This document shows, one piece after another, positions 38,049-46,595 of a stretch of DNA of 64,000 nt. The DNA lies in the IMG/VR virus record IMGVR_UViG_3300028591_000094, positions 1 through 64,000 of that record; one strand, 5' to 3'. How positions within the stretch are numbered: the stretch's first letter is position 1; each line of letters starts with the position of its first letter. The notes below the pieces were generated by a model that was not told the origin of the DNA, did no database searches, and saw only the letters and a program-made list of their open reading frames with translations. The DNA is from a virus. Taxonomy: Duplodnaviria > Caudoviricetes. Both the position numbers and the translations under genes were made by a program.

Positions 38049-38653
38049 TACCGCGAGTGGGACTTGAACCCACACACCCTTTCGGGCAACAGATTTTCCT
38101 GCCACTCTATGTTACCATAGCCAAACAAATAGTGATGCTGGGACTTAAGTAATTCTGAATTATTTCATCAGGCACCATTTTTTAATGTCCCTATAGTCTT
38201 TTGTTTGTTGTGGTCTGGAATACATCATTACCATATTGAAATTCTTGCAAGTAAGATATTTCTGAATTAAACAGAACCTTCAGAATAGACTTCTGTATGC
38301 TATCGCCACATCCAATATCTAATTTCAACTTAGGTATCTCCTATATACTCTCTACACATTTATGATACTCTCAATGTTGGCATCACAGAGGCAAACTTAA
38401 TGCTTGTGAAGTTTCCTCGGACATTAATTTCTCAATTTAGCACGGTATTATCCTTACACATTATTGGTTAGTGTCTTGTTTGGTCACAATTAAGTGCCAA
38501 TTTACGAAGTCACGCTAGCTGTGCTTTTTGGTTATAAGACTTCTTCAAGTTATAAAGGACTTCCACCGTTTTAGGGAGATTCTACATAGGGATTTCTCGC
38601 CTATGCACTCAATTTTCTAAGTCTGTCGTGTCTACCAATTCCACCACCGCGGC
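38049..38653 (-). tRNA. tRNA-Leu(UAA) interrupted by a group I intron
   Basis: 5' exon 38619-38653 and 3' exon 38049-38097 join to ACAGA-CT T|AA AA-TCTGT. Confidence 0.88.
38098..38618 (-). mobile_element. group I intron (521 nt, no ORF)
   Basis: follows exon U, ends in G; ATCTCC/GGAGAT (P3-like), ACGGT/ACCGT (P4-like), GAGTATA/TGTATTC (P7-like). Confidence 0.82.
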
Positions 38654-38824
38654 ATATTTTGGATTTATTACAAAAACTATCAGCTAAATCCTAAACTGTC
38701 ACCGACACATACGATTCGGTGCCGAGGCTGGCGCTCTGCGTTTCACAACGGAGAGTCCTCGTGAAGTACGATTCCATAGGCTGCGCACACCTCATGGACT
38801 TTGTATAATGTTAAACGGATTGTC

Positions 38825-39170
38825 AAAAGAAAACCCAGCGCGGACGCTGGGGCGGCGCGATTTAGTTCGCGCCAGACTCGCTTTGGGTGCCCATACTAGG
38901 CAGCCATTGCATAAGAAGTTTTGTTGCCATTTAAACAACATCAGCGACCGTCTCCTTCCCTTGTACTTCTCCGCTGTCAAAACCTGTCACCCCCAAAATT
39001 ATCCTTATCTTACAAAGTATTGTCTTCCAACACGAGCCTTTTTCGATTGCGCTTCAGGATTAGCATCATTACCTGCAATGCTTTCGTGCCCTGGACACTT
39101 TGTAATTTTGTGGAGGTGGAGCGAATCGAACGCTCGTCCAAACGGTCTTTCCTCGGATTATCATCAACCG
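38825..39170 (-). ncRNA. ssrA: tmRNA, circularly permuted (two-piece) gene
   Basis: acceptor piece ...GGACGAGCGTTCGATTCGCTCCACCTCCA (3' end 39111) precedes coding piece GGGGGTGACAGGTTTTGAC (5' end 38994); G3:U70; tag GNKTSYAMAA* at 38896-38928. Confidence 0.9.
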
Positions 39171-39178
39171 TCACTTTG

Positions 39179-39259
39179 TTGCCCGACGCGGACTCGCACC
39201 GCAGCCTACCTTTCCTCGCGCAGGAAGGTCGTTCTCGCTCGCTATTAAACTATCGGGCT
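39179..39259 (-). ncRNA. atypical tRNA-like RNA with extended anticodon arm
   Basis: GCCCGA/TCGGGC stem, D arm, ACCTTCCT-GCGCG-AGGAAAGGT arm, T loop TGCGAGT. Confidence 0.6.
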
Positions 39260-39287
39260 ACGCCAGCCATTTCAGCGGCTGGTCGTG

Positions 39288-39359
39288 TTGGGAATACCTG
39301 AATCGAACAGGTATTTCATCGTCCAAAGCGATGCGGGCTAACCGTTACCCCAATTCCCA
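39288..39359 (-). tRNA. tRNA-Gln(UUG)
   Basis: CATCG-CT TTG GA-CGATG. Confidence 0.9.
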
Positions 39360-39368
39360 ATTTTTTTG

Positions 39369-39439
39369 TTGTCCCACCCCGAATTGAACAGGGATTAACA
39401 GAGCCAGAATCTGTCGTGCTACCATTACACCATAGGACA
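39369..39439 (-). tRNA. tRNA-Gln(CUG)
   Basis: ACAGA-TT CTG GC-TCTGT. Confidence 0.9.
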
Positions 39440-39467
39440 ATTCAATTTGTATGCCTATTTAACCAAT

Positions 39468-39520
39468 ATGTCAAAGAACTAAACTCACGTTTCAATCACC
39501 CTCACATTATCTAATATACA
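39468..39520 (-). promoter_or_regulatory. tRNA operon leader: GTATATTA motif, TGTGAGGGTGA, boxA GTTCTTTGACAT
   Basis: same three elements in the same order at 62002-62053. Confidence 0.7.
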
Positions 39521-39657
39521 AAATTTTTCCTAATTAGCCAAAAAATCTTTCAAAAATCTCCAATTTTTTCTATCCACACAAGATTATAAATATTTCCCAT
39601 TTTCTCATTTTGATGATTTTTGAATTTTATGTGAAATTAATTAACTGTTAAATTGCT

Positions 39658-39877
39658 TTATTCTGAGTAACTTGGTTTGAACCACGTATAATCATCTAAC
39701 CATTTGTTTTTTAACACAACAGCATATGCCCTGTTGGATTTGGCTCGAAACTCTTTACATGTCTCATATTTTTTTAGCTTCAGTATAGCATGATTCTTGG
39801 TTCCATTTTTTACCTGTTTTTGAAGGCAAAATCCACTTATAATCTTCAATCCACCCATTTTTTGCACAAAAATGTTA
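39658..39877 (-). pseudogene. decayed C-terminal repeats of the upstream repeat protein
   Basis: after TGA TAA the frame continues KNGWIEDYKW...ESCYTEAKK, then shifts at an A-run to KYETCKEF...WLDDYTWF. Confidence 0.65.
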
Positions 39878-40513
39878 TCATGTTCTTGATGCAACAAACC
39901 ATGTATAATCATTGAGCCATCCGTTTCGCAAAGCATTTCTATAGCCAGCGGAGCATCTCTTTATAAACTCAGTGATAGACTTGTATTTCAGCGCCTCATT
40001 GAGTGTATTCTTACGATTCCAATAGCCTCTTGGTTTTCGTCTAACTTCGAACCAAGTATATTCATCTAGCCAGCCGTTCTTCCAAGCAACCCCGTATGCA
40101 ACGGCTGCATTCTTCCGAAACTCACCTTTTGACTTGTACTTCTGAGCCTCTTTATGGCAAATCTCCTCAGTCCAATAACCATTTGGCTTCTTTTTGATTT
40201 CAAACCACGTATATTCGTCCATCCATCCGTTTTTACGCGCAACATCGTATGCACTGACAGCATTGATTTCAAATTCATGCCGTGATTTGTATTTCTTAGC
40301 CTCTTCTCGACAAGTTCCCTCATTCCAATAACAGCTTGGCTTCTTTTGGGGTTCAAACCAAGTATATTCATCTAGCCAATTTTTACTCCATGCAAACTGA
40401 TATGCAGCACCTGATTTTTTTGCAAACTCACCTCTTGACTTATATTTCTTAGCCTCTTCATAGCAACGTTCGTAATTGTCCCAATATCCGTTTGGTTTTC
40501 TTTCTTTTTGCAT
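39878..40513 (-). CDS. tandem ~50-aa repeat protein (W..E.C..EAKKYKS..EF...AY..A.KNGWLDEYTWF)
   Basis: four clear repeats. Confidence 0.8.
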   Translation of the reverse strand: MQKERKPNGYWDNYERCYEEAKKYKSRGEFAKKSGAAYQFAWSKNWLDEYTWFEPQKKPSCYWNEGTCREEAKKYKSRHEFEINAVSAYDVARKNGWMDEYTWFEIKKKPNGYWTEEICHKEAQKYKSKGEFRKNAAVAYGVAWKNGWLDEYTWFEVRRKPRGYWNRKNTLNEALKYKSITEFIKRCSAGYRNALRNGWLNDYTWFVASRT

Positions 40514-40678
40514 AATTTTCCAAAATTAAAATTCAGGTTCACTTACGCATATATAACGCAAGCGAACCTGTTTTTTGTACAACCGCACTGAAAAAAATTG
40601 TCTAATTACCGAGGATTGTTGCAATATCCCTGTTCAAATCCTCCCTGTCTCTCGGAAGTTCTCTATCTTCCATGTGCT

Positions 40679-41902
40679 TCACTTGTTAATCTGATATTTG
40701 TACCTCACGTCGATAAGGAGTTGATTAACCCTGTCGCGGTCGATAGCCTCTGGGAGCGTTGATACTTTCATAGCCTTTTCCATTTCGTCTTTCTTACCTT
40801 CAATATAAGAGATGATTTCCTCATACTCGGTATTTCCCTGACGAATATTCAAGATGAAATCAGCATCGATACCTTTACGGTTTACATGTACCTCACCAGT
40901 CGTGGCGATTTCAAGACCCATATGAAGCAGGCGTACCGCATGGGCCACATTTTTTCTGTCAAACGTCTTTTCCTTGTTTTCAAGATAACGTTGTGGGTTG
41001 CGTTTCTTCACCCAATCCTGGTACTGCTTGTACTTGTTGCAGTGCTGTGTGAAGCCGTCCTTATTGTACGACATGGTGCAGATTGGCATAGCATCTTTCG
41101 GAATCGATGAACAACGCACGTCGTCGGCGGTTCCGTCACCCTTTACAATGCCACGATATCCGATTGGGGTCTGTGTATTCTCAAACCATTCTGGCATTAT
41201 ACTCGTAACAAAGGCACACAGGGTGTTGTTCTTAACATAGTTGAAATATAGTTCATCGTTGACAAACTTCACATAATCCCCATCATACTCATTATGGTTA
41301 TGTGCACCAAAGTCGTAGTATACACCATAGCAATCGGGCATGTTGTTGAGGGATACGAGACCGCAGTATTGCTGTTTCAGACCGCGTGCAGTAAGCCAAT
41401 CGGTCATATTCGACGTACCCTGCTTGTAGGTTGTGTAGCAGAAGTCGATGGGCATCTTACGAACCTCAATCGGCTGTACACAAAGGCGGTTTAATCCGTG
41501 ACACCTTACAATTTGTTGATACGCATAACCCAAAAACGGCTTGAAACACGCTTTCGTTACAAACTCCTGACGATGTTTCTTCAGTTCGGTGATGATTGGG
41601 TGTTCGTAGATGACAAACTCGTCGTCAACAAAAAGAGACTCAAGAATGTTTGGGTTTGAGGTGCAGAGCAGATTCATATACTTTTTCAGTCCATACCACA
41701 CCTTGTCGTGTTTCTCATCACTAATTTCATCCTGGAAATCATAGCCAAGACCAAGCACTTGTTCGATGGGCTCGATGTAGACACCACCTTCGTCCCAGTC
41801 GCTTAGTCCGTTTGGAAGATTTGTAGAGTACACGTGTGAACCTCGGAAGTACCTATAAATCAGAAGATTATTCTTCTCAATGTCTTCAAATGTGTAATTC
41901 AT
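40679..41902 (-). CDS. DNA pol beta-superfamily nucleotidyltransferase
   Basis: RGSH.Y......SD.D, NPNILE.L, K...HA.RLL. Confidence 0.85.
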   Translation of the reverse strand: MNYTFEDIEKNNLLIYRYFRGSHVYSTNLPNGLSDWDEGGVYIEPIEQVLGLGYDFQDEISDEKHDKVWYGLKKYMNLLCTSNPNILESLFVDDEFVIYEHPIITELKKHRQEFVTKACFKPFLGYAYQQIVRCHGLNRLCVQPIEVRKMPIDFCYTTYKQGTSNMTDWLTARGLKQQYCGLVSLNNMPDCYGVYYDFGAHNHNEYDGDYVKFVNDELYFNYVKNNTLCAFVTSIMPEWFENTQTPIGYRGIVKGDGTADDVRCSSIPKDAMPICTMSYNKDGFTQHCNKYKQYQDWVKKRNPQRYLENKEKTFDRKNVAHAVRLLHMGLEIATTGEVHVNRKGIDADFILNIRQGNTEYEEIISYIEGKKDEMEKAMKVSTLPEAIDRDRVNQLLIDVRYKYQINK

Positions 41903-42142
41903 ATTTATTTTTAATTTTGTTTAACAAAACGTTTAAATCCGAAAATAGATTGTTTTTATATATATTTAATACATTGTGTTTAACCTATTTTAGATGATTG
42001 TCAATAAACAGGCAAACAGGTTCAGGAAAAAATCGTTCCATTCCGCTGGAAACATGCTGTAGTAATAAAAAAGTCTTTCCATAATAAGTTTAGTTTGTTA
42101 TTCCGTTTATATAACGCAAAGAAATGCCGTTTTTGTACAAAC

Positions 42143-43564
42143 CTACTCTTTAAACTTCAAGTTTTTGATATTTTTGATGCATTCCTCCTTGGTGATGTTG
42201 GGGTTGTTGAACGCCAGCTTGAGACAATGGTCGAGATATTTCTTGACCTCAGGACCAGCCTCAATACTCTTCACCTCCATTACATCGTTCCCGTTAATCG
42301 GCAGTTTGTAACCGAACATGCGCTTGACACTCTCATCGGATACCATAAGGTCTGCGAGCCTGTCAGCCTGGTTCGGGATGCAATGCTGTGGCGCATGGGC
42401 GTTGTTATCTGCGTCAATTACCTGCAGCAGACGGTACATTCGAGCTGCAGTCTTGCAATCGTATGCCAGTTTTCTGATGGATTTCATCTTTCTGGCTTTA
42501 GCTTTAAGGTCGTTTCCCCAGTTCTTGGTTCTCATGTGGTTCTTGATGTAGAAACACACCTCTTCTATTATGTCGTTGGAGTAACGCATTCTGGACATGA
42601 TTTCAGCAGCCAACTTAGCTCCCACAAACTCATGCTCGTAGAAATGCACACGTCCGTCCTCCCCGACGGTTCTGGTCATTATCTTGCCGATGTCGTGAAG
42701 TACGCAAGCAAGGCGGACGGGTAGATATGCAACACTACCGTCATTTGCCGCATTCTCCACCACTTTCAGCGTATGCTCCCACACAGTACCGAAGTGGTAT
42801 GCGTTCTGCCCCATGTCGTAGGTTTCCTCGAGCTCTGGGATTACATATTCCATCGCATCGGTATCTCTCAGGAGGTTAAGAGCCCTGACGGGGTTGTCCG
42901 TGGTCAGCATCTTGTTGAACTCGTCGGTAATGCGTTCCTGGGATATAATTTCCAGACGGGACGAGTTACGTACCATGGCGTCGAAGGTGAACCTCTCAAT
43001 CTGAAAGTTATAACGGCAGGCGAAACGAATTACACGAAGTATTCTAAGGGGGTCGTCGATAAACACAACGTCTGGGTCGTTGTTGGTGACACGGCAGACG
43101 CCGTCCTTAATGTCCTGCATGCCTTTGCCAGTAAGGTCGAGAACCTCCCCCGTTGAAACATTCCTGTAGAGTGCGTTTATGGTCAGGTCTCTCCGTATGC
43201 AGTCCTCCTCTATCGGAGCGAAAGTGGTAACTGGGTTGCGGCTGTCCTTGTCGTGATACTGCTCGCCACGGGTCTGGACAACCTCAATCTCCTTGTTGGG
43301 AAACTTAGCCAGACGGAACATTGCGGTACCGTATGTGGGATAAATTACAACCGAACCGTCGGTATAACCGTTGTCACGCATATACTCAGCAAGGGCAATG
43401 CCACCGTTTTCAATGTCAACACACATGTCGATATCCTTGATTGGGTTGTGCATAAGCAGGTCTCGAACACATCCACCCACACAGAAAACGTGGTTTTCAA
43501 ACTGAGTCCCCTTGATTACCCCAGCCATAAAATCGACTATGTCCATGAAATCTTTTTCCGTCAT
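42143..43564 (-). CDS. cca: CCA-adding tRNA nucleotidyltransferase with HD domain
   Basis: VGGCVRD, KDID, RRDLTINA, DDPLRILR..RF, ERI..EF.K, LHDIGK. Confidence 0.92.
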   Translation of the reverse strand: MTEKDFMDIVDFMAGVIKGTQFENHVFCVGGCVRDLLMHNPIKDIDMCVDIENGGIALAEYMRDNGYTDGSVVIYPTYGTAMFRLAKFPNKEIEVVQTRGEQYHDKDSRNPVTTFAPIEEDCIRRDLTINALYRNVSTGEVLDLTGKGMQDIKDGVCRVTNNDPDVVFIDDPLRILRVIRFACRYNFQIERFTFDAMVRNSSRLEIISQERITDEFNKMLTTDNPVRALNLLRDTDAMEYVIPELEETYDMGQNAYHFGTVWEHTLKVVENAANDGSVAYLPVRLACVLHDIGKIMTRTVGEDGRVHFYEHEFVGAKLAAEIMSRMRYSNDIIEEVCFYIKNHMRTKNWGNDLKAKARKMKSIRKLAYDCKTAARMYRLLQVIDADNNAHAPQHCIPNQADRLADLMVSDESVKRMFGYKLPINGNDVMEVKSIEAGPEVKKYLDHCLKLAFNNPNITKEECIKNIKNLKFKE

Positions 43565-43633
43565 AATGAATCCTTTCTTTTATATATAACGCAGACGAAC
43601 TCGTTTTTTGTACACCGACCGCGAAAAATAATC

Positions 43634-44077
43634 TCAGATTGCGGTTCTCAATTCAGAAACCAGTTCCTTGACCTTCTCGGCGCCGTATCCACCGATTATC
43701 TTGAGCCAGGTGTAATAGTCGGCGGTATGACCGACCCCTTTAGTGTAGTCATCATACGACCTGCCGAAGGTGTCATAGTCGAAGATTCTCTCATCAGCCA
43801 AGAAAGCAACCGCGGTTGTAATGTTACCCAAGTCCATCTCGGTGAACGCAGCATACGGGAATTCTGCTTCGTATAACGTGGCGCACGCCTTCCCTACCAG
43901 GTCGTCGACGCTGTGCATGTCGAGCATCACGATGGTCTTATCGTTTTCAGACCACGCCTTGTACTCTTTGGTATCGCCATGGTATCGGGAGTATTCAACA
44001 ATCGCGTGTGCCCCTTGAATTCCTTTTTGAATCGGTGACAGGTGTCTCGTCACCAAAACATACATTCTGTATTTCAT
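43634..44077 (-). CDS. peptidyl-tRNA hydrolase type 2-like protein
   Basis: MYVLV...LS....IQGAHA..EY, KTIVML, F.E.DL...TAVAF. Confidence 0.75.
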   Translation of the reverse strand: MKYRMYVLVTRHLSPIQKGIQGAHAIVEYSRYHGDTKEYKAWSENDKTIVMLDMHSVDDLVGKACATLYEAEFPYAAFTEMDLGNITTAVAFLADERIFDYDTFGRSYDDYTKGVGHTADYYTWLKIIGGYGAEKVKELVSELRTAI

Positions 44078-44264
44078 GTTTATGTAGATTGGTTATATGC
44101 TGTTTAATATCTTTCAAAGCCTGTTCATAGCCTTCAACATAGGCTTTCAACACTGCGATGTTCATCGCTGCCTGGAAGTCACTAGCCGAACTGGGCGAGT
44201 GGTGCTTCTTCAGGTATGATACAGCGTGTTTGTGTGCCGTCGGGTTTATCGTTTCCTTTGCCAT
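43995..44264 (-). CDS. hypothetical protein
   Basis: 89-aa ORF. Confidence 0.55.
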   Translation of the reverse strand: MAKETINPTAHKHAVSYLKKHHSPSSASDFQAAMNIAVLKAYVEGYEQALKDIKQHITNLHKHEIQNVCFGDETPVTDSKRNSRGTRDC

Positions 44265-44278
44265 GCTCCGTTGAATTC

Positions 44279-44662
44279 TTATGCTTTATTATCTGGGTCA
44301 GACTTCGTTTCCTCGTTCTCGTCAAGATAGAGTTTCTTCAACTCCCAGCGGACATTGATGTCGGTGCGTTTGGCTATCTCATTGAAGATGTCGACGAGTT
44401 CCTCAGGCCCCTCGACAGCCCAGAACGGTTCTATGTCTGGTTCATCAACTCCTCCGCCTGTGCTAACTCTGAAAAAGAAATCCCTGTTCTCTCTCTCGTC
44501 GTAGCCGACGCCAACAGTCTCGATGTTAAGCTGTTGGTACTTGTCATTGTCGCCGAAGGTGTCGTTCTCCTGAATCAGGGTGAATGTCTGTTTGGCAACA
44601 CAAATCTGACCGCATTCCGTGGGGGTGATGTTGTTGATAAACTTTCTTTTATTGTCTTCCAT
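44279..44662 (-). CDS. hypothetical protein
   Basis: 127-aa ORF. Confidence 0.65.
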   Translation of the reverse strand: MEDNKRKFINNITPTECGQICVAKQTFTLIQENDTFGDNDKYQQLNIETVGVGYDERENRDFFFRVSTGGGVDEPDIEPFWAVEGPEELVDIFNEIAKRTDINVRWELKKLYLDENEETKSDPDNKA

Positions 44663-44710
44663 CTTGTTATTTTATTTTTTTTTTTATTGTTGTTCCATCA
44701 ACCGAGGCAA

Positions 44711-45094
44711 TCACTCACCGACCACGTATCCTCGGTCAGTCAATATTTCGATGAGGTCATCGTCGTCCATGTGGTCATCGACATAGTCCTTGATTGAATA
44801 GTACGATACCACATCCAGCAATTCTTCGTCGCTATATTGGTCGGTCACGTCGTTGATACTGAATCCACCGCTATACTCGATATTGGACACACACTCGTCG
44901 GTCACGTCGCCGTCGGCGTATCTCATGAGTCTTTCAAGGTTGTTGTTTGCAAAGTCCTTCTTGTCTGTGTATGATAGGTTATCTACAATGTCCTCAAGAC
45001 AGATAACTGTTGACAGGTCACCTTTCTTGATACCGTTGGCGGTTTGGAGTGGTAGTATGTCCAGTAGTTGTTTCAAAGTTATTGTTGTGTACAT
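44711..45094 (-). CDS. acidic hypothetical protein
   Basis: 127 aa, D/E rich. Confidence 0.65.
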   Translation of the reverse strand: MYTTITLKQLLDILPLQTANGIKKGDLSTVICLEDIVDNLSYTDKKDFANNNLERLMRYADGDVTDECVSNIEYSGGFSINDVTDQYSDEELLDVVSYYSIKDYVDDHMDDDDLIEILTDRGYVVGE

Positions 45095-45192
45095 TTTTCG
45101 AAAAACTTTAAGTTATACTACTAATATACAAAAAAAATTTCAAACAAAAAAGGCAAACTTGAAAAATTTGCCTTTATCATGAACAGTCTGTC

Positions 45193-46587
45193 TTAGAACA
45201 ACCCGCCGTACATCAGTGTCCTATGCAGGAAGTAGTGGTTGCCAGTCATACCATCCTTGATTGATTCGTTCAGACTCCTGGGGTAGTTGTCCCTGTAGCT
45301 CTCGGACTTCTCCTTGGCTTCGTTGATTATGCTGTTGAACTTCTCGCAAGCCTCTTTGAAATATTCGAACGGCACATTGAACTTATAGTTCTTGCCGATT
45401 GCCGTGTAGAAGTCGTTCTGTTCGTCACCGACACGCTCGGATTTCTCCTGCGTCTCCACGAAGTTGTAGCCGTCGTGTGTGTCGTTTATCATGTACAGGT
45501 CGAAAAGCGTCTTGCCACCCTCCTTGCGACCGAATATGAAACTCTCCTGTTGGAACATGACACCGAGGCGCTTGGCTTCATCGAGCGAGATATTGAATAT
45601 AATCTTGGAGTTCTCCGTGTTTCCGTACTTACCCCTCACAGGCTCCCAGGCGTAGTTGCCCTGCTCGAGATAAGAGTTTATCGACTTGTTGGCTCTGCGG
45701 TTATCGGCTCTTCCGCTAGACTGCCCCATCGGGTTCTCGCCAGTTATTATGCAGAACGTTTTAACGTTGTCCACGGACTCTCCCCCTACCGCGTCAAGCG
45801 CAGCCTTTCGGTTCTGACGTTTCTTGTTTCTGGATATTTCCTCAAGACCTTCGGTCAGCTCGTCAAGGTTGAAAAGCATTCCTGTGCCACTGGTTCCGTA
45901 ACCGTGTGGTTCAGCCATCGTGTCACGTCTATTCTGCATGTACTCCCTCCCCTTCTCGCGGTATTCTGGGTCGTTGTACCTGTCGTTGTATTCTTCCTCA
46001 GCCTCGGCGTCGGTCTCATGTTGGAATTTTCTGTCTTTGGCTTTGGCTATGGCTCTCTGTATCGCGTTGTCGACAGCCTCGCGGCTCACGCCGTCCTTGG
46101 CATGCCACTTTGTTACGCTGTCCCCAACACTGTCACCCTCGGGCTCGACCTTTGTGAACAGGTTGTTCTTGTTCTCGTTCACATCCCCGTGCTCGGTGTG
46201 TGCTTCCAGAAACGACAGCATGTCCAGGAGGGTTCTCTTTTTGGCGCCGTCAATATCAACAGGACGCTTCTCGCCGTCCTGGTTTTCAAGGAAACTCGCC
46301 CCTTTCGCGGAAAGTCGCAACGTCATGTCGTCCACCGTGGGTATGAGATAATCGCCGTCCTCCGTTCTCTGGTACACCTTGCGGCGAACCATATCGACCA
46401 AGTCGTCGAACATGGTGGAATCCAGCTTGATGGTATCTCCGAGACCGTCTATCGACTCACCCAAATAGTTCTTGCCGTCGTTGTAGTAAGTGCCGACATT
46501 CTTCAGTATGTTTTCAACAAATCTATTCTTTTTGTCCATGCCTAATAATGTTTTGTTTAATGTTAATTTATAATAAATATCTAACAT
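45193..46587 (-). CDS. putative virion-internal protein with DUF3293-like C-terminal domain
   Basis: IITGENP...GKYG..E.S......L...FQQESFI; LGES, VNEN, LTEG, INEA, LNES motifs; start may be MDKK. Confidence 0.7.
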   Translation of the reverse strand: MLDIYYKLTLNKTLLGMDKKNRFVENILKNVGTYYNDGKNYLGESIDGLGDTIKLDSTMFDDLVDMVRRKVYQRTEDGDYLIPTVDDMTLRLSAKGASFLENQDGEKRPVDIDGAKKRTLLDMLSFLEAHTEHGDVNENKNNLFTKVEPEGDSVGDSVTKWHAKDGVSREAVDNAIQRAIAKAKDRKFQHETDAEAEEEYNDRYNDPEYREKGREYMQNRRDTMAEPHGYGTSGTGMLFNLDELTEGLEEISRNKKRQNRKAALDAVGGESVDNVKTFCIITGENPMGQSSGRADNRRANKSINSYLEQGNYAWEPVRGKYGNTENSKIIFNISLDEAKRLGVMFQQESFIFGRKEGGKTLFDLYMINDTHDGYNFVETQEKSERVGDEQNDFYTAIGKNYKFNVPFEYFKEACEKFNSIINEAKEKSESYRDNYPRSLNESIKDGMTGNHYFLHRTLMYGGLF

Positions 46588-46595
46588 CCGAAGAA

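Noticed and set aside
45475-46545. 356-aa plus-strand ORF and similar long antisense ORFs
   Set aside because: Shadow frames of well-supported minus-strand genes
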